Counted from the first letter of the stretch, positions 41,001 through 54,023 are shown. The stretch: DNA of 64,000 nucleotides from Azolla caroliniana (GCA_043228905.1 JBHGNT010000058.1:98067-162066), one strand, 5' to 3'. Translations and numbers: made by a program. Notes: generated from the letters alone by a model not told the origin.

Positions 41001-44000
41001 AAAATACGGATAGATTGCAGAGTAATGTTGATCTCTCGATCAACATTGCACCATATTTTTTTATTTGAAGCAAAGCACTAGAACATTATATTAACTAATT
41101 CATTTACTTAATGAATTCCAATGTAGTCTAGTTGGCATTGGAAAAACTAGACACATCCTAGATCATGAGGTAATGTCGCATCGATAAAAACCCTTGAAAT
41201 TATTAAATCTTAAAAACGAGAGTTTGTTAGAATAATCCTCAGTTTCTCGTTGTTGCTTGCGCAATATATAAATATTATTTATTACTAATCAATGATTGCA
41301 ATATTAAAAACTACACAAGATGTGATCCATTGTAGTCTAGTTGGTTAGGATACTCGGCTCTCACCCGAGAGACTCGGGTTCAACCATAGCAATATTATTT
41401 ATTACTAATCAATCATAGCAATATGAAAAAGTACACTAGATATGATCCATTCTAGTCTAGTTGGTTAGGATACTTGGCTCTCACCTTAGAGACCCGGGTT
41501 CAACTCCCAGCAATGGAAACGACAATATCATATATTAAATTTCCGATGCATATCATGTGTTAACTATTTGATAACTCAAAAGCTCAAGACCTAAAGTAGG
41601 TATCAAACAAAAACTCAAAACCTAAAGTAGGTGTTACAATAATGTACAGTTAGCAAAATATTCAATATTATGTTTGGAGGATTGATAATGAATTTTACTT
41701 TGGTTTTTTTCTCCTAACATCAATTTCTAAACTGAATCCTATTATTCAATTAATACTAGAGGTTTCAAATGAAATTTGACAAAACATTATGTTGTTCGGG
41801 ACAAGAAGAAGTAGTATATTTAGTTGTGGTTATTCCTCAACATTGTTACGACAAATTAGTACACCAAAAATTATAGTTTGGATAATTTGATACAATTTAT
41901 AACAATACGCATAGATTGAAAAATAATAGTCAACTGTCGATGATCATTGCACAATGTTTCTTTCTTTGTAACAAAGGACTAGAATGGTACATTAGCTAAT
42001 TCATTTACTAAATGAATTCCATTGTAATGAAGTTGCCTCGCATTCTTTGCATTTTACTTGACACGCTCGGGTACAAGTAGATATATCATATATCATGAGT
42101 TAATGTGGCATCGATAAAAACCCTTGAAAGTATTAAATCTTAAAAATGAGAGTGTGTTAGAATAATTGTCAGTTTTTCGTTGATGGTTGCGCAATATATA
42201 AATATTATTTATTTCTAATCAATGATTGCAATATTAAAAAGCACACAAGATGTGATCCATTGTAGTCTACTTGGTTAGATTACTCAGCTCTCATCCGAGA
42301 GACCCGGGTTCCACTCCCGGTAATGGAAAAGACAATATCATATATCAAATTTTGCAACCATATCATGTGTTAATTGTTTGATAACTCAAAAACTCACGAC
42401 CTAAAGTAGGTGTTCCAATAATGTACAATTAACAAAATAATCAATATTATGCTCGAAGGATTGATGACGAACTTTACTTTGATTTTTTTCTCCGAACATG
42501 AATTTCGAAACTTACTCCCATTTTTTGATTAATAGTAAATGTTTCAAATGAAATTGGACAAAACATAATGTTGTTCGAGACAACAAAAAGATGTATAGTT
42601 GGTTGTGGTTGTTCGTCAACATTGGTACGACAAATTAGTACATCAACAATTATAGTTTGGATAACTCGATACAATTTCAAACAATACGCATAGATTGCAG
42701 AATAATGGTCAACAGTCGATAAGCATTGCTAAATGAATTCCATTGTAATCAAGTTGCCTCAAATCGTTGATTCTTACTCGAAACGCGATAGGAAAAACTA
42801 GATACATTATATATCATGAGTGACTGTGGCATCGATAAAAAGCCGTGAAATTATTAAATCTTAAAAACAACAGTGTGTTACAACAATCCTCAGTTTTTCA
42901 TTGATGCTTAAGGAATATATAAATATTATTTATTACCAATCAATGATTAGAATATTAAAAAGTGCACAAGATGTGATCCATTGAAGTCTAGTTGGTTAGA
43001 ATACTTGGCTCTCACCCGAGATACCCGTGTTCATCTCCTGGCAATAGAAAGGACAATATCATATATAAAATTTTGCGACGCATGTCATGTGTTAACTGTT
43101 TGATAACTCAAAAACTCAAGACGTAAAGTAGTTACAATAATGTACAATTAATAAAATGAACTCAAAAACTCAAGCTCTAAAGTAGTCGTTACATTAATAT
43201 ACAATTAACAAAATAATCAATATTATGTTTGATGGATTGATAATGAACTTTGCTTTGATTTTTTTCTCCTCACATCAATTTCTAAACTTAATACGAATAT
43301 TCAATTAATAGTAGAGGTTTCTAATGAACTTTGACAAAACATAATGTGGTTCGGGACAAGGCGAAGCAGTATATTTAGTCGTGGTTATTCCTCAACATTG
43401 TTACGACAAATTAGTACACCAACATTGTTTCTTGATTTGAAGTAAAAGACTAGAATATTATAATAACCAATTCATTTACTAAAAGACTTCCACTATAGTC
43501 TAGTTGGTTCGGATCCTTGTTTTTTACACGAGACTCTTGTGTACAACAATTGGCATGGGAAAAACTCGATACATCATCGATCAGGAGTTAATATCGCATC
43601 GATAAAAACACTTGAAATTATTAAATCTTAAAAATGAGAGTGTGTTAGAATAATCCTCAGTTTCTTGTTGTTGCTTCCACAACATATAAATATTATTTAT
43701 TACTAATCTATGATTGCAATATTAAGAAGTACAGAAGATAGGATCCACTGTAGTCTAGTTCGTTAGGATACTCGGCTTTCACCCCAGAGACCCGTGTTCA
43801 ACTACCGGCAATGAAAACGAGTATATCATATATTAAATTTCCGGCTCATAGCATGTGTTAACGGTTTGATAACTCAAGACCTAAAGTAGATGTTACAATA
43901 ATGTAGAATTACGAAAATAATCAATATTATGTTTGAAGGATTGATGACGAACTTTGCTTTGATATTTCTCTCCTAACATCAATTTCTAAAGTTAATCCCA

Positions 44001-46934
44001 TTATTGAATTAATAGTAGAGGTTTCAAATGAAATTTGACAAAACATTATGTTGTTTGGGACGAAAAGAAGCAATATATTCAGTCGTGGTTATTTATCAAC
44101 ATGGTTACGACAAATGACAGTGTGTTAGAATAATTGTCAGTTTTTCGTTGATGGTTGCCCAATATATAAATATTATTTATTTCTAATCAATGATTGCAAT
44201 ATTAAAAAGCACACAAGATGTGATCCATTGTAGTCTACTTGGTTAGATTACTCAGCTCTCACCCGAGAGACCCGGGTTCCACTCCTGGTAATGGAAAACA
44301 CAATATCATATATCAAATTTTGAAACAATATCATGTGTTAATTGTTTGATAACTCAAAAACTCAAGACCTAAAGTAGGTGTTCCAATAATGTACAATTAA
44401 CAAAATAATCAATATTATGTTTGAAGGATTGATGACGAACTTTGCTTTGATTTTTTTCTCCTAACATCAATTTCTAAACTTAATCCCATTATTCAATTAA
44501 TAGTATAGGTTTCAAATGAAATTTGACAAAACATTATGTTGTTCGGGACAAGAAGAAGCAGTATATTTAGTCGTGGTTATTCCTCAACATTGTTACGATA
44601 AATTAGTACACCAAGAATTATAGTTTGGATAACTTGATACAATTTCTAAAAATACACATAGATTGTCGAATAATGGTGAATTCTCGATAAGCATTGCACC
44701 ATGTTTCTTTATTTGAACAAAAGCACTTGAATTATAGTTTGGATAATTGTTTTTTACACAAGACTACTGGCTAAAACAATAAGCATTAGAAAAACTAGAT
44801 ACATCATACATCATGACGTAATGTCGCATAGATAAAAACCATTCAAATTATTTTAATCTTAAAAACGAGAGTGTGTTAGAATAATCCTCAGTTTCTCGTT
44901 GATGCTTTCGCAATATATCAAGATTACTTATTACTAATCTATGATTGCAATATATCTTTACACAAGATAGGATCTATTCTAGTCTAGTTGGTTAGGATAC
45001 TCTGCTTTCACCCGAGAGACCCGTGTTCAACTCCCGGCAATGGAAATGACAAAATCATATTATAAATTTCTAACGCATACCATGTGTTAACTATTTGATA
45101 ACACAAAAACTCAAGACCTAAAGGAGTTGTTACAATAATGTAAAATTAACAAAATAATCAATATTATGTTTGAAGGATTGATGACAAACTTTAGTTTGGT
45201 TTTTATAGTTTGGATAACTTGATAGAATTTCCAAACATACGCATAGATAGTAGAATAATGTTGAACTCTCGATCAAGATTGCACCATAGTTTTTTATTTG
45301 AAGAAAAGCACTAGAATATTACATTAACTAATTCATTTACTAAATGAATTCTATTGTAGTCTAGTTGGTTTGGATCCGTGTTTTTCACACGAGACTCCTG
45401 GGTACAACAATAGGCATTGGAAAAACTAGATACGTCATAGATCATGAGGTAATGTTGCATCGATAAAAACCCTTGAAAGTATTTAATCTTAAAAACGAGT
45501 GTGTGTTAGAATAATCCTCAGTTCCTCGTTGATGCGTGCGCAATATATAAATATTAGTTATTACTAATCTATGATTGCAATATTAAGAAGTATATAAGAT
45601 AGGATTCATTGTAGTCTAGTTGGTTAGGATACTCGGCTTTCACCTCAGAGATCCGGGTTCAACTCCTGGCAATGGAAACGAGTATATCATATATTAAATT
45701 TTCGACTCATAGCATGTGTTAACGGTTTGATAACTCAAAAACTCAAGACCTAAAGTAGATGTTCCAATAATGTACAATTAACAAAATAATCAATATTATG
45801 TTTGAAGGATTGATGACGAAGTTTGCTTTGATTTTTTTCTCCTAACATCAATTTCTAAAGTTAATCCCATTATTCAATTAATCATAGAGGTTTCAAATGA
45901 AATTTGACAAAACATTATGTTGTTCGGGACAAGAAGAAGAAATATATTTTGTCGTGGTCATTTCTCAACATGGTTACGACAAATTAGTACACTGACAATT
46001 ATGGTTTGGATAACTGGATAGAATTTCCAAAAATACGCATAGATTGTAGAATAATGGTGAACTCTCAATCAACATTGCACCAAATTTCTTTATTTGAAGC
46101 AAACCACTAGAATATTATGTTTGAGGTATTGAAAATGTACTTTACTTTAATTTTTTTCTCCTAACATTAATTTCTAGACTTAATCCCATTATTCGATTAA
46201 TGGTATAGGTTTCGAATGAAATTGCACCAAACATTATGTTTTTCGGGAAAACAAGAAGCAATACATCCAGTTGTGGTTATTCCTAAACATTGTTACGATA
46301 AATTAGTAAACCAACAAGTATAGTTTGGATAATTTGATACAATTTCAAAAAATACTCATAGATTGCAAAATACTGGTCAACTGTCGACAAGCATTGCACC
46401 ATGTTTCTTTATTTGTAGCAATGCACTAGAATAGTACATTAACTAATTCATTTACTCAATGAATTCCATTCTAATCAAGTTGCCTCGACTCATTCATTTT
46501 CACCCGAGATGTGCGGGTACAACCACATGCATAGGAAAAACTAGATACACCATAGATCATGAGTTAATTTGGTATCGATAAAAACCCATGAAATTATTAA
46601 ATCTTAAAAACGAGAGTGTGTTAGAATAATCTTCTGTTTCTTGTTGATGCTTGCGCAATATATGAATATTCTTTATTACTAATCAATGATTGCAATATAA
46701 AAAAGTGCACAAGATGTGATCCATTGTAGTCTAGTTGGTTAGAATGCTTGGCTCTCACACGAGAGACCCGGGTTCAACTCCTAGGAATAGATTGCACCAA
46801 CAATTATAGCTTGGATAACTTGATACAATTTCAAACAATACGCATTGATAACAGAATAATGGTCAACTGTAGTAAAGCACTCGAATCTTACATTAACTAA
46901 TTCATTTACTAAATGAATTCCACTATAGTCTAGT
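38011..46934 (+). repeat. tRNA-Glu-derived satellite, block 4
   Basis: Resumes in register after the solo LTR; ends at the CTAGT target-site duplication. Confidence 0.95.
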
Positions 46935-47342
46935 TGTCCGGAATAGTACTAAAGCAGAGATGGAATTAGTGCTAAGAAGAACAGTACTATTAGTACTAAG
47001 AGGACGGGACTGCGTAAGATTTCCGAGAGAGAGGAAGTGAGAAGAGGAGAGAGAGAGATAGGATGATGACAGCAGCTCTTATATTATATGAAAGATAAGT
47101 ACAAATTCGCTAAGAGGCTTAAGACTGGTGTTGAACCAATTTGGTTCAAAACAATGCCTTGTGCCTCCTTTTATAGTGTTTTTAGGAATAATCCTGAAGC
47201 TTCTAGAATGTTCCAGAGAGATCTGGAATATACATCAATTTTCTATGATAAAGCATAAATAAAAATAGTATCCTACAAATTACAATTCATAGTCTAATGG
47301 TAAGAGCTCGACCCATGGTTCGAGTCTTGCCATATCATGACA
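46935..47342 (-). repeat. 3' LTR of the chromovirus (408 bp)
   Basis: TG...CA termini; direct repeat of 53600-54023 with about 15 substitutions and one 16-bp indel (counted by eye). Confidence 0.95.
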
Positions 47343-47345
47343 CTA

Positions 47346-47355
47346 TCTCCCCCTT
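47346..47355 (-). promoter_or_regulatory. Polypurine tract
   Basis: AAGGGGGAGA on the minus strand, 3 nt before the 3' LTR. Confidence 0.85.
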
Positions 47356-48140
47356 AAAGACGACGAGTGGAACGAGTCGGCGCTAATTGTGGACCGGGTT
47401 TGTCCGGATACTTTCGGTGGAAATCGGCAAGAAGATCTTGTGCATTGGCAACATGCTGGACGGGTTCCCAAGTACGTTCGCTCAGACTATAACCGAACCA
47501 ATTGACCAAGTAATAAAGTTTGTTGCGAACAAGTTTGGAATCGAGGATGGCAGCAACTTCATACTTCGGGCCGGTGTCCAACTCCAGCGGGGGTGGCAGT
47601 GGTGTCACACGATCGGGAATGGTGTTTGCTTTATAAGGTTCAAGAAGAGAACAATGGAAAACCGGATGTATCTGAAGCTACAAAGGGAGATCAAGGCGGA
47701 AGGAGACATCATTAATCTTACCCGTAATACGGAAGGGACCGAGTCGTCGATAATCCAACTTGTCGCACGGTCGAGTAGTCTTGATGTGACGACGTAAGAG
47801 CCATACTCGATCTCCGATGGCAAAAGAGGAGGGAATTCGATGACGATACGCATAAGTCTTTTGTGTGAGTTGAGCATGACGAAGGTGAGTAGAGAGATCC
47901 ATCTGGATCTTGCGTAGCCTCTCCAAATGATCCTCGGCACGAGGGTTGGTAGGTAGCTCCGGAGTGTCGATCACCGACCAGCGAGGATGGAAACCGGTAT
48001 AAGAGAAAAATGGGGAGACCCGAGTCGAGGAGTGAATAGCATTATTATACGCAAACTCCGCAAAGTGGAGAATCTCGGCCCAATCGTCCCGTTGATAACT
48101 CAGCGTTTGGTTTGTTCGTTCCGCTTGCCCGTCGGTCTGA
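47354..48140 (-). pseudogene. Duplicated integrase C-terminus plus chromodomain
   Basis: QTDGQAERTNQ, GPF and YEVAAILDSK...YYLVNWFGY...TWEP motifs; about 19 differences from 48932-49718. Confidence 0.9.
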
Positions 48141-48930
48141 TACGTCATAGATCATGAGGTAATGTCACATCGATAAAAACCCTTGAAACTATTTAATCTT
48201 AAAAACGAGTGTGTGTTAGAATAATCCTCAGTTCCTCGTTGATGCGTGCGCAATATATAAATATTAGTTATTACTAATCTATGATTGCAATATTAAGAAG
48301 TACATAAGATAGGATTCATTGTAGTCTAGTTGGTTAGGATACTCGGCTTTCACCTCAGAGATCCGGGTTCAACTCCTGGCAATGGAAACAAGTATATCAT
48401 ATATTAAATTTTCGACTCATAGCATGTGTTAACGGTTTGATAACTCAAAAACTCAAGACCTAAAGTAGATGTTCCAATAATGTACAATTAACAAAATAAT
48501 CAATATTATGTTTGAAGGATTGATGACGAAGTTTGCTTTGATTTTTTTCTCCTAACATCAATTGCTAAAGTTAATCCCATTATTCAATTAATCATAGAGG
48601 TTTCAAATGAAATTTGACAAAACATTATGTTGTTCGGGACAAGAAGAAGAAATATATTTTGTCGTGGTCATTTCTCAACATGGTTACGACAAATTAGTAC
48701 ACTGACAATTATAGTTTGGATAACTGGATAGAATTTCCAAAAATACGCAAACCACTACAATATTATGTTTGAAGTATTGAAAATGTACTTTACTTTAATT
48801 TTTTTCTCCTAACATTAATTTCTAGACTTAATCCCATTATTCGATTAATGGTATAGGTTTCGAATGAAATTGCACCAAACATTATGTTTTTCGGGAAAAC
48901 AAGAAGCAGTACATCCAGTTGTGGTTATTC
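48141..48930 (+). repeat. Satellite segment inside the chromovirus; copy of ~45431-46285
   Basis: Shares diagnostic variants with 45431-46285 (TACGTCATAG, GATGCGTGCG, GGATTCATTG, CACCTCAGAGATCCGGG, ACATCCAGTTG). Confidence 0.92.
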
Positions 48931-48931
48931 C

Positions 48932-50248
48932 TTAAAGACGACGAGTGGAACGAGTCGGCGCTAATTGTGGACCGGGTTTGTCCGGATACTTTCGGTGGAA
49001 ATCGGCAAGAAGATCTTGTGCATTGGCAACATGCTGGACGGGTTCCCAAGTATGTTCGCTCAGAGTATAACCGAACCAATCGACCAAGTAATAAAGTTTG
49101 CTGCGAACAAGTTTGGAATCGAGGATGGCAACAACTTCATACTTCGGGCCGGCGTCCAACTCCAGCAGGGGCGGCGGTGGTGTCACACGATCCGGAATGG
49201 TGTTTGCTTTATAAGGTTCAAGAAGAGAACAATGGAAAACCGGATGTATCTGAAGCTACAAAGGGAGATCAAGGCGGAAGGAGACATCATTAATCTTACC
49301 CGTAATACGGAAGGGACCGAGTCGTCGATAATCCAACTTGTCGCATGGTCGAGTAGTCTTGATGTGATGACGTAAGAGCCATACTCGATCTCCGATGGCA
49401 AAAGAGGAGGGAATTCGATGACGATCCGCATAAGTCTTTTGTGTGTGTTGAGCATGACGAAGGTGAGTAGAGAGATCCATCTGGATCTTGGGTAGCCTCT
49501 CCAAATGATCCTCGGCACGAGGGGTGGTAGGTAGCTCCGGAGTGTCGATCACCGACCAGCGAGGATGGAAACTGGTATAAGAGAAAAATGGGGAGACCTG
49601 AGTCGAGGAGTGAATAGCATTATTATACGCAAACTCCGCAAAGTGGAGAATCTCGGCCCAATCGTCCCGTTGATAACTCAGCGTTTGGTTTGTTCGTTCC
49701 GCCTGCCCGTCGGTCTGAGGATGGTTGCCGGAGGAGAGGTTGCAGGAGACCTTGAGCATCTTGAAGAGATGCTGCCAAAATTTGGAGACGAATTGCGGGC
49801 CTCGGTCACTGATAATACTGTCTGAGAGGCCATGATGCCGAAATACCTCACGCATAACAAGAGCGGCGGTTTCCTCGCTAGTGATGGCTTTAGTACACGG
49901 CACAAAATGTGCCATCTTCGTGTATCGATCGACGACGGTTAGGATAGCATCGAACCCCTTCGAAACCGGCCGATCTGTGATAAAATCAAGACAAATAGAC
50001 TGCCACGGCCTACTTGGAATCGGTAAGGGTTCCAACAAGCCATATGGATGGTGTCGTGGCATCTTTGCTCGGCAGCAAGCATCACAGGTATGAACGTAGT
50101 CATCAACAAAACGCCGCATGTGGGGCCACCAAAAAGATCGCTGCCCTAGCTCCATCGTCTTAGTACTACCGAAATGTCCCGCGTATGGGTGTCGTGACAA
50201 TGTTGGACGATTTGAAGGCGACAGGAGCAATCGGGGACATATACGCAC
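48932..50248 (-). pseudogene. Integrase (zinc-binding HHCC region, DDE core, GPF motif) plus chromodomain
   Basis: GHFG..KT, CDACCR, ICLDFIT, IISDRGPQF, PQTDGQAER, YEVVAILDSK..YYLVDWFGY..TWEP; interrupted by a stop. Confidence 0.93.
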
Positions 50249-50626
50249 TTTTTAAAGAATAACAAACCATCATGATATTCGAATTGTCAGTAGTCAATAC
50301 CTGGTTGTTGAGACCGAGAACAGGATGCCCGAGAAGTATCAATGTGCGCCAAGATGTCTTGAGCAAAACTATCCGTCTTCAAGGTTGCACGTATGTCATC
50401 GGTAATCCGTGAATCCATCGGGGTGTGAAAAATCCGCGTCGTGTGCAATCATGTTGGTCCCAAGATTACTTGCTTTTGATTATCAAATGTTGCGTCACAA
50501 GGACGAGGTGCAAGATAGTGCATCTGCTTTTCCTTGATGCTTCCCCGGTCGATATGTGATTTTGAAGTCGAAACGCGTGAGGAATTGCGCCCATCGAGCT
50601 TGCCGTCGATTTAGTACGCGAGCGTT

Positions 50627-51718
50627 CTAAAAATAAGCAAGATTTTTATGATCGCTAAAGACAATGACCTGATGTGGAGAGCCCTCTAAGAGATGCCGCC
50701 ATTGTACAAATGAATCCACGATGGCTAATAACTCCTTGTCATGTATTTCGTAGTTGATTTCTACGACATCGAATTTGCGCGAATGGAAAGCCACCGGATG
50801 CAACTCTTCTTTATCGCCTTGTTGAGAAAGGATGCTACCGAGGGCGAAATCTGATGTGTCGGCCTCCATGATGAATGGTTTGCTTGTATCCACATGAGCT
50901 AGAATCGGTGCTGATGTAAAGGCCATATCTGCTTCTATGGACCAAAGAAATGCTTGGCCCTTCTTCGTAAGTTGTGTGAGAGGTAAAATAATCTTCGAGT
51001 AATCCTGTATAAACTTACGGTAGAAGTTAGCAAAACCTAGAAAACATTGTACATCTCGTATCGACTGTGGAATTTGCCACTCTAGTACAGTTTGGATTTT
51101 AGCTGGATCCATGGTGATGCCCTTTGAGGAGATGACGTAGCCTAGAAATTCCACTTGCTTGCAGCCAAAGCTACATTTTTCTAGCTTGGCATAAAGACCA
51201 TTCTCACGGAGTCGCTTTCGTACTAATAGTACATGAGAATCGTGCTCTTCCTGGGACTTCGAATAAATCAATAGATCATCCAGATAAATGATCAAACAGA
51301 TATCCAAGAGGTCTCTGAATATATCATTTGCCATGTGTTGGAAGACTGCGGGTGCATTGGTTAGGCCAAACGGCATAACAGTATACTCGAAATGCCCATA
51401 CCACGTGCGAAAGGCGGTCTTCCACTCATCTCCCGGTCGGATCTGCACGAGGTTATACGCTCCTCATAGGTCGATTTTAGTAAAAAACTTGGCACCATTA
51501 ACTCGCTCTAAAAGACTTGATATAAGAGGAAGTGCATACCTATTCCGGATGGTGACTTTATTCAATCCGTGGTAATCAACGACAAGACGAAGTGAGCCAT
51601 CTTTCTTCTTGACAAAGAAGATGGGTGCACCGACCGGAGATTTCGAATGGCGGATGAACCCTTTTGCCAAGTTCTCCTCTATGTAGGCTCGAAGGACTTC
51701 TAACTCGGTGGGTGACAA
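50627..51718 (-). pseudogene. Reverse transcriptase plus RNase H
   Basis: [66 protein letters not shown]; stop codon at ~51464. Confidence 0.95.
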
Positions 51719-51923
51719 GTTGTAAATTGGTCCCCATGGTGGCTCGGTTCCTGGTTGTAAATCGATGGGACAGTCATAGGGATGGTGATGAGGAAGGGTA
51801 CCGGCTTTTACCTTGTCAAATATATCGGCATAAGGATGCTATTTTGCCGGAAGTTGTACTGAGGAGTCCTTCTTGGGGTGAAATGGTCGAAACTTGGTGA
51901 GTTGATTCTTGGGGTGGTCGATA

Positions 51924-52379
51924 TCAGACTTCTCTTGTTCTCCAATCTATGGCTGGATTATGTAATTCAAACCAAGGTAATCCTAGGACAATGGGATGCT
52001 CTGGACTACTAATTATATTAAATGATATTACACACACAAAACTACCTAGGACAACCTGAATGGGTTCTGATTCTTCTACAATATTCCCGGAAGCAATGGG
52101 ATGACCATCAATGACTACTACAGATGGAGGACAAGGAAGATTTCTTAAGGATATCTGAGAAGCTTGGGCAAAATTTCGATCCATGAAAAAGGAATTAGCT
52201 CTGGAATCTAAAAGTGCTAGGACGGGTACTGGGGGAGTACTTGTAGTACTAACAATGACTTGGGCTAGGAACACATTGCTAACTTGCTTGGAAGGAATGG
52301 AACCACTAATGGGCTGTACAGATCTAGGGTTGCTGTCCAACCAAACGGCTCCTATTTTGGCTGGACTCAATCGTTTAAC
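51924..52379 (-). pseudogene. Aspartic protease region (start of pol)
   Basis: ALLDSRANSFF (DSG motif mutated to DSR) and IVLGLPWFELHNPAIDW. Confidence 0.88.
52335..52379 (-). promoter_or_regulatory. Putative -1 ribosomal frameshift signal (gag to pol)
   Basis: G TTA AAC heptamer just before the gag stop; the -1 frame is the protease frame; 6-nt spacer then an 11-bp stem GTCCAGCCAAA/TTTGGTTGGAC. Confidence 0.75.
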
Positions 52380-53525
52380 TCTTCATCTAATTGACTAAGG
52401 ATTTCAAATTTATTTGAGATACTTGGGCTATTAGTACTATGAATACTATCAAACACTCTATTAGTACTATTAATACTATCAGACACTCCTGAGGGAAGAA
52501 TTGACTCAGGTTTAGTACAGGCTACAATTTGATTTACCTGTCTTCTTGGCTTATGGGGACAATTGATTGCGATATGCCCTGGTCCACCGTAATAAAGACA
52601 TAATCGATTTGCACATCGTCGTTGCTTTTCTTCTTTCGATAACGGGCCGCGTCGACGCATGGTATCGATCTCCATTGGTGTCGAAGTATTTGCTTGAGGT
52701 ATGTCTCGTGCAAACGGTCTAGCCGCGACTGCGGCATAAGTGGGCTCCAGCCTAGCGCGTGGTATCTGTAATTGACGTTCCGAACGCCGTTCGAAAAGGC
52801 GGTTGTCACATCGGACCACTCGACTGATTGCCTCCGTAATAGACTTTGGTTCTTCGGGGAAGGTTAGAAGTAGATCTTTGACATCATTTCGCAGACCATA
52901 GCGAAACTGCTCCATTAGTGCTTGATCATCCGCCGCGTAGGCGGAAAGCGAGTAGGCGGAAATCCGCCGCGTAGGCCGAGGCTGGACGATCGCCTTGACG
53001 CAATCGCCGGATCTTGTTGATCGTCGTCCTGATGTTGTCGGTGTCTCCAAAGCAGGCTTTGAACTCACTAATAAAATCTTCAAAGTTATTAAGCAAGGGC
53101 GATTGTTTTTCTAGAAGCGGAGTGAACCATGCTAAGGCTGAGCCACTAAGCAACGTGCCTATTAAGCCGACTCGGGATGCATCAGTGGGGTATCGGGAAA
53201 GATGCATTTGGAGGACTAATCGTACCTGATTAAGGAATCCCCTGAATTGCGATCGCGTTCCATCAAATTTCACAAGAACTCCAATCTTCGGCTCTTTATG
53301 AAATCCTTGGGGACTTGATCCTTGTTGTTGCAATGCCGCTTCGAGTTGTTGCACCCGTAACACTAACTCCCCATGTTGTTGCTGCGTTTGTTGCTTTTCT
53401 AGAGCGATTTGTTGCAGATCCCCTATCAGCAGTTGGTTTTCTTGTTCTAGGGCAACAAACTTTTCTTTTCGGCACTGTAACTCGGAGAAAACGGATTGAT
53501 ATTCTTGGGCGCTAACAGTAGCCAT
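52367..53525 (-). pseudogene. Gag (frameshifted)
   Basis: KFDGTRSQFRGFLNQ, LLSGSALAWF, LRQG, TPMEID and a decayed zinc knuckle CLYYGGPGHIAINC; ATG at 53525; split over two frames near 52930-52960. Confidence 0.9.
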
Positions 53526-53585
53526 AGTAGAGGGAAAAGGGTATGAGGATGAGGGAGAACGACAAGTAGGCTGGAGGAAAGAAAA

Positions 53586-53597
53586 AAATTGGTTCAA
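53586..53597 (-). promoter_or_regulatory. Putative self-priming primer-binding site
   Basis: TTGAACCAATTT, 2 nt after the 5' LTR, with no TGG. It is complementary to AAATTGGTTCAA at 53807-53796 on the same strand within the LTR. Confidence 0.75.
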
Positions 53598-53599
53598 AC

Positions 53600-54023
53600 T
53601 ATCAAGAATAGTACTAAAGCAGAGATGGAATTAGTACTAAGAAGAACAGTACTATTAGTACTAAGAGGACGGGACTGCGTAAGATTCCCGAGAAAGAGGA
53701 AGTGAGAAGAGGAGAGACAGAGATAGGATGATGACATCAGCTCTTATATTATATGAAAGATAAGTACAAATCGGCTAAGAGGCTTAAGACTGGTGTTGAA
53801 CCAATTTGGTTCAAAACAATGCCTTGTGCCTCCTTTTATAGTGTTTTTAGGAATAATCTTGAAGCTTCTAGAATGTTCCAGAGAGATCTGGAATATACAT
53901 CAATTTTCTATGATAAAGAATAAATAAAAATAATACCCTACAAATTACAATTCATAGTCTAATGGTAAGAGCTCGACCCATGTAGCATAAGGTCATGGGT
54001 TCGAGTATTGCCATATCATGACA
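53600..54023 (-). repeat. 5' LTR of the chromovirus (424 bp)
   Basis: Direct repeat of 46935-47342; TATAAAA at 53840-53834 on the minus strand; inner terminus mutated. Confidence 0.95.

Larger units (their letters stand above)
46935..54023 (-). mobile_element. Ty3/gypsy chromovirus (Tf1/sushi- or Tcn1-like), decayed, with an internal duplication
   Basis: Two LTRs; 5-bp TSD CTAGT at 46930-46934 and 54024-54028; domain order gag-PR-RT-RH-INT-chromodomain on the minus strand; PPT present. Confidence 0.96.

Noticed and set aside
47387-53515. Plus-strand ORFs over the chromovirus, and antisense ORFs over the LINE and the right-hand gypsy
   Set aside because: Shadow frames of retroelement coding sequence with no recognisable motifs.
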